Assembly (NCBI GenBank): GCA_965644295.1
Contig: CBFFRP010000211.1
Coordinates: 1 to 64,000 of the forward strand
Direction of reading: 5' to 3'
DNA length: 64,000 nt
DNA from: Paraphysomonas bandaiensis
Taxonomy: Eukaryota; Protista; Chrysophyceae
The notes under the pieces are model-generated. The model saw nothing but the letters and a program-made list of their open reading frames with translations. It searched no databases and had not been told where the DNA came from. Each line of letters opens with the position of its first letter. Positions within the stretch are counted from its first letter, which is position 1. The position numbers and the translations under genes are program-made. Of the stretch, positions 60,901-64,000 are shown in pieces.

Positions 60901-63900
60901 CTCCGACTTCAAGTGGCAACACGACTAGTCATCCATTTCCAGATCCGACTCCCAGTCCGACACTGTCTCCACTTTCGTTGCCTGTTTTGACCGCTTCTCC
61001 GACTTCAAGTGGCAACACGACTAGTCATCCATTTCCAGATCCGACTCCCAGTCCGACACTGTCTCCACTTTCGTTGCCTGTTTTGACCGCTTCTCCGACT
61101 TCAAGTGGCAACACAACTAGTCATCCATTTCCAGATCCGACTCCCAGTCCGACACTGTCTCCACTTTCGTTGCCTGTTTTGACCGCTTCTCCGACTTCAA
61201 GTGGCAACACAACTAGTCATCCATTTCCAGATCCAACTCCCAGTCCGACACTGTCTCCACTTTCGTTGCCTGTTTTGACCGCTTCTCCGACTTCAAGTGG
61301 CAACACAACTAGTCATCCATTTCCAGATCCGACTCCCAGTCCGACACTGTCTCCACTTTCGTTGCCTGTTTTGACCGCTTCTCCGACTTCAAGTGGCAAC
61401 ACGACTAGTCATCCATTTCCAGATCCGACTCCCAGTCCGACACTGTCTCCACTTTCGTTGCCTGTTTTGACCGCTTCTCCGACTTCAAGTGGCAACACAA
61501 CTAGTCATCCATTTCCAGATCCAACTCCCAGTCCGACACTGTCTCCACTTTCGTTGCCTGTTTTGACCGCTTCTCCGACTTCAAGTGGCAACACAACTAG
61601 TCATCCATTTCCAGATCCGACTCCCAGTCCGACACTGTCTCCACTTTCGTTGCCTGTTTTGACCGCTTCTCCGACTTCAAGTGGCAACACGACTAGTCAT
61701 CCATTTCCAGATCCAACTCCCAGTCCGACACTGTCTCCACTTTCGTTGCCTGTTTTGACCGCTTCTCCGACTTCAAGTGGCAACACAACTAGTCATCCAT
61801 TTCCAGATCCGACTCCCAGTCCGACACTGTCTCCACTTTCGTTGCCTGTTTTGACCGCTTCTCCGACTTCAAGTGGCAACACAACTAGTCATCCATTTCC
61901 AGATCCAACTCCCAGTCCGACACTGTCTCCACTTTCGTTGCCTGTTTTGACCGCTTCTCCGACTTCAAGTGGCAACACGACTAGTCATCCATTTCCAGAT
62001 CCGACTCCCAGTCCGACACTGTCTCCACTTTCGTTGCCTGTTTTGACCGCTTCTCCGACTTCAAGTGGCAACACGACTAGTCATCCATTTCCAGATCCAA
62101 CTCCCAGTCCGACACTGTCTCCACTTTCGTTGCCTGTTTTGACCGCTTCTCCGACTTCAAGTGGCAACACAACTAGTCATCCATTTCCAGATCCGACTCC
62201 CAGTCCGACACTGTCTCCACTTTCGTTGCCTGTTTTGACCGCTTCTCCGACTTCAAGTGGCAACACAACTAGTCATCCATTTCCAGATCCAACTCCCAGT
62301 CCGACACTGTCTCCACTTTCGTTGCCTGTTTTGACCGCTTCTCCGACTTCAAGTGGCAACACAACTAGTCATCCATTTCCAGATCCGACTCCCAGTCCGA
62401 CACTGTCTCCACTTTCGTTGCCTGTTTTGACCGCTTCTCCGACTTCAAGTGGCAACACGACTAGTCATCCATTTCCAGATCCAACTCCCAGTCCGACACT
62501 GTCTCCACTTTCGTTGCCTGCTTTGACCGCTTCTCCGACTTCAAGTGGCAACACAACTAGTCATCCATTTCCAGATCCGACTCCCAGTCCGACACTATCT
62601 CCACTTTCGTTGCCTGTTTTGACCGCTTCTCCGACTTCAAGTGGCAACACGACTAGTCATCCATTTCCAGATCCAACTCCCAGTCCGACACTGTCTCCAC
62701 TTTCGTTGCCTGTTTTGACCGCTTCTCCGACTTCAAGTGGCAACACAACTAGTCATCCATTTCCAGATCCGACTCCCAGTCCGACACTATCTCCACTTTC
62801 GTTGCCTGTTTTGACCGCTTCTCCGACTTCAAGTGGCAACACAACTAGTCATCCATTTCCAGATCCAACTCCCAGTCCGACACTGTCTCCACTTTCGTTG
62901 CCTGTTTTGACCGCTTCTCCGACTTCAAGTGGCAACACAACTAGTCATCCATTTCCAGATCCGACTCCCAGTCCGACACTGTCTCCACTTTCGTTGCCTG
63001 TTTTGACCGCTTCTCCGACTTCAAGTGGCAACACAACTAGTCATCCATTTCCAGATCCAACTCCCAGTCCGACACTGTCTCCACTTTCGTTGCCTGTTTT
63101 GACCGCTTCTCCGACTTCAAGTGGCAACACAACTAGTCATCCATTTCCAGATCCGACTCCCAGTCCGACACTGTCTCCACTTTCGTTGCCTGTTTTGACC
63201 GCTTCTCCGACTTCAAGTGGCAACACGACTAGTCATCCATTTCCAGATCCAACTCCCAGTCCGACACTGTCTCCACTTTCGTTGCCTGCTTTGACCGCTT
63301 CTCCGACTTCAAGTGGCAACACAACTAGTCATCCATTTCCAGATCCGACTCCCAGTCCGACACTATCTCCACTTTCGTTGCCTGTTTTGACCGCTTCTCC
63401 GACTTCAAGTGGCAACACGACTAGTCATCCATTTCCAGATCCAACTCCCAGTCCGACACTGTCTCCACTTTCGTTGCCTGTTTTGACCGCTTCTCCGACT
63501 TCAAGTGGCAACACAACTAGTCATCCATTTCCAGATCCGACTCCCAGTCCGACACTATCTCCACTTTCGTTGCCTGTTTTGACCGCTTCTCCGACTTCAA
63601 GTGGCAACACGACTAGTCATCCATTTCCAGATCCAACTCCCAGTCCGACACTGTCTCCACTTTCGTTGCCTGTTTTGACCGCTTCTCCGACTTCAAGTGG
63701 CAACACAACTAGTCATCCATTTCCAGATCCGACTCCCAGTCCGACACTGTCTCCACTTTCGTTGCCTGTTTTGACCGCTTCTCCGACTTCAAGTGGCAAC
63801 ACAACTAGTCATCCATTTCCAGATCCGACTCCCAGTCCGACACTGTCTCCACTTTCGTTGCCTGTTTTGACCGCTTCTCCGACTTCAAGTGGCAACACAA

Positions 63901-64000
63901 CTAGTCATCCATTTCCAGATCCGACTCCCAGTCCGACACTATCTCCACTTTCGTTGCCTGTTTTGACCGCTTCTCCGACTTCAAGTGGCAACACGACTAG
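57921..64000 (+). CDS. Secreted LRR protein with very long Pro/Ser/Thr mucin-like stalk, 3'-partial
   Basis: MGSHVHL signal peptide, CSWEGLLC cap, plant-type LRRs (LHGTIPSSLGLL, LSGPLPSTIGKL, LSGSIPSSL); frame stays open through both repeat arrays to the window end. Confidence 0.88.
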   Translation, partial: MGSHVHLVRYLMIYFVLVVSFSLHSNANSRDVSSYSSLANSVLCDLIQSTSMRENVGTSWSCDTVAYSKCSWEGLLCSNGTIIAVSLSSRGLHGTIPSSLGLLTSVRSIDLSSNFLSGPLPSTIGKLVLLESLYLQSNLLSGSIPSSLSLMHHLVHFDVSHNFLTGMLPSSLEKLSYKNSFDASYNLVTVINPSCTPTLVPVSLLTSSPTYQPTLSPTLSPSGETSTGSPSLPASATPTASPTRNPSCTPTLVPVSLLTSSPTYQPTLSPTLPPSGETSTGSPSLPASATPTASPTRNPSCTPTLVPVSLLTSSPTYQPTLSPTLSPSGETSTGSPSLPASATPTASPTRNPSCTPTLVPVSLLTSSPTYQPTLSPTLPPSGETSTGSPSLPASATPTASPTRSPSCTPTLVPVSLLTSSPTYQPTLSPTLSPSGETSTGSPSLPASATPTASPTRNPSCTPTLVPVSLLTSSPTYQPTLSPTLPPSGETSTGSPSLPASATPTASPTRNPSCTPTLVPVSLLTSSPTYQPTLSPTLSPSGETSTGSPSLPASATPTASPTRNPSCTPTLVPVSLLTSSPTYQPTLSPTLPPSGETSTGSPSLPASATPTASPTRSPSCTPTLVPVSLLTSSPTYQPTLSPTLSPSGETSTGSPSLPASATPTASPTRNPSCTPTLVPVSLLTSSPTYQPTLSPTLPPSGETSTGSPSLPASATPTASPTRNPSCTPTLVPVSLLTSSPTYQPTLSPTLPPSGETSTGSPSLPASATPTSDSPSGNTTSHPFPDPTPSPTLSPLSLPVLTASPTSSGNTTSHPFPDPTPSPTLSPLSLPVLTASPTSSGNTTSHPFPDPTPSPTLSPLSLPVLTASPTSSGNTTSHPFPDPTPSPTLSPLSLPVLTASPTSSGNTTSHPFPDPTPSPTLSPLSLPVLTASPTSSGNTTSHPFPDPTPSPTLSPLSLPVLTASPTSSGNTTSHPFPDPTPSPTLSPLSLPVLTASPTSSGNTTSHPFPDPTPSPTLSPLSLPVLTASPTSSGNTTSHPFPDPTPSPTLSPLSLPVLTASPTSSGNTTSHPFPDPTPSPTLSPLSLPVLTASPTSSGNTTSHPFPDPTPSPTLSPLSLPVLTASPTSSGNTTSHPFPDPTPSPTLSPLSLPVLTASPTSSGNTTSHPFPDPTPSPTLSPLSLPVLTASPTSSGNTTSHPFPDPTPSPTLSPLSLPVLTASPTSSGNTTSHPFPDPTPSPTLSPLSLPVLTASPTSSGNTTSHPFPDPTPSPTLSPLSLPVLTASPTSSGNTTSHPFPDPTPSPTLSPLSLPVLTASPTSSGNTTSHPFPDPTPSPTLSPLSLPVLTASPTSSGNTTSHPFPDPTPSPTLSPLSLPVLTASPTSSGNTTSHPFPDPTPSPTLSPLSLPVLTASPTSSGNTTSHPFPDPTPSPTLSPLSLPVLTASPTSSGNTTSHPFPDPTPSPTLSPLSLPVLTASPTSSGNTTSHPFPDPTPSPTLSPLSLPVLTASPTSSGNTTSHPFPDPTPSPTLSPLSLPALTASPTSSGNTTSHPFPDPTPSPTLSPLSLPVLTASPTSSGNTTSHPFPDPTPSPTLSPLSLPVLTASPTSSGNTTSHPFPDPTPSPTLSPLSLPVLTASPTSSGNTTSHPFPDPTPSPTLSPLSLPVLTASPTSSGNTTSHPFPDPTPSPTLSPLSLPVLTASPTSSGNTTSHPFPDPTPSPTLSPLSLPVLTASPTSSGNTTSHPFPDPTPSPTLSPLSLPVLTASPTSSGNTTSHPFPDPTPSPTLSPLSLPALTASPTSSGNTTSHPFPDPTPSPTLSPLSLPVLTASPTSSGNTTSHPFPDPTPSPTLSPLSLPVLTASPTSSGNTTSHPFPDPTPSPTLSPLSLPVLTASPTSSGNTTSHPFPDPTPSPTLSPLSLPVLTASPTSSGNTTSHPFPDPTPSPTLSPLSLPVLTASPTSSGNTTSHPFPDPTPSPTLSPLSLPVLTASPTSSGNTTSHPFPDPTPSPTLSPLSLPVLTASPTSSGNTT
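58494..60221 (+). repeat. 159-bp coding tandem repeat, ~11 copies (53 aa NPSCTPTLVP...ASPTR)
   Basis: Near-identical units with 159-nt period. Confidence 0.95.
60240..64000 (+). repeat. 96-bp coding tandem repeat, >=39 copies (SGNTTSHPFPDPTPSPTLSPLSLPVLTASPTS)
   Basis: 96-nt period running to the window end. Confidence 0.95.

Noticed and set aside
60240-64000. CRISPR-like or non-coding satellite array
   Set aside because: No unique spacers; unit length is a multiple of 3 and variation is mostly synonymous, so it is a coding repeat.

Overview
Eukaryotic protist DNA, most plausibly a stramenopile/chrysophyte-like flagellate: compact genes, very short GT-AG introns, and no prokaryotic features, rRNA, tRNA or CRISPR that I could support. 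The first ~3.2 kb is the strongly AT-rich, intronless end of an endogenous virophage/Polinton-like virus (lipase, small Zn-finger ORF, repeat-containing fibre-like protein, hairpin-rich terminus) that abuts a decayed Copia RT. The rest holds about 19 host genes, mostly in head-to-head pairs: four EF-hand proteins, GIG1/DUF3605-like, two MFS transporters, Pif1, ankyrin-IQ-TM, PAZ-like, coral SAARP-like, PLAC8, TPT-family, lipase maturation factor and a giant LRR-mucin. Mobile elements: a 5'-truncated RNase H-bearing non-LTR retroelement flanked by a 299-bp direct duplication (plus a 213-bp sibling with an 8-bp TSD), a pogo-like DNA transposon derivative with two identical 5' ends (557-bp inverted repeats), a young full-length Copia with non-canonical TA...CA LTRs, a related solo LTR, and three hAT-type MITE copies. 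Family assignments come from motif recognition by eye, not database searches, and exon boundaries of multi-exon genes are approximate.
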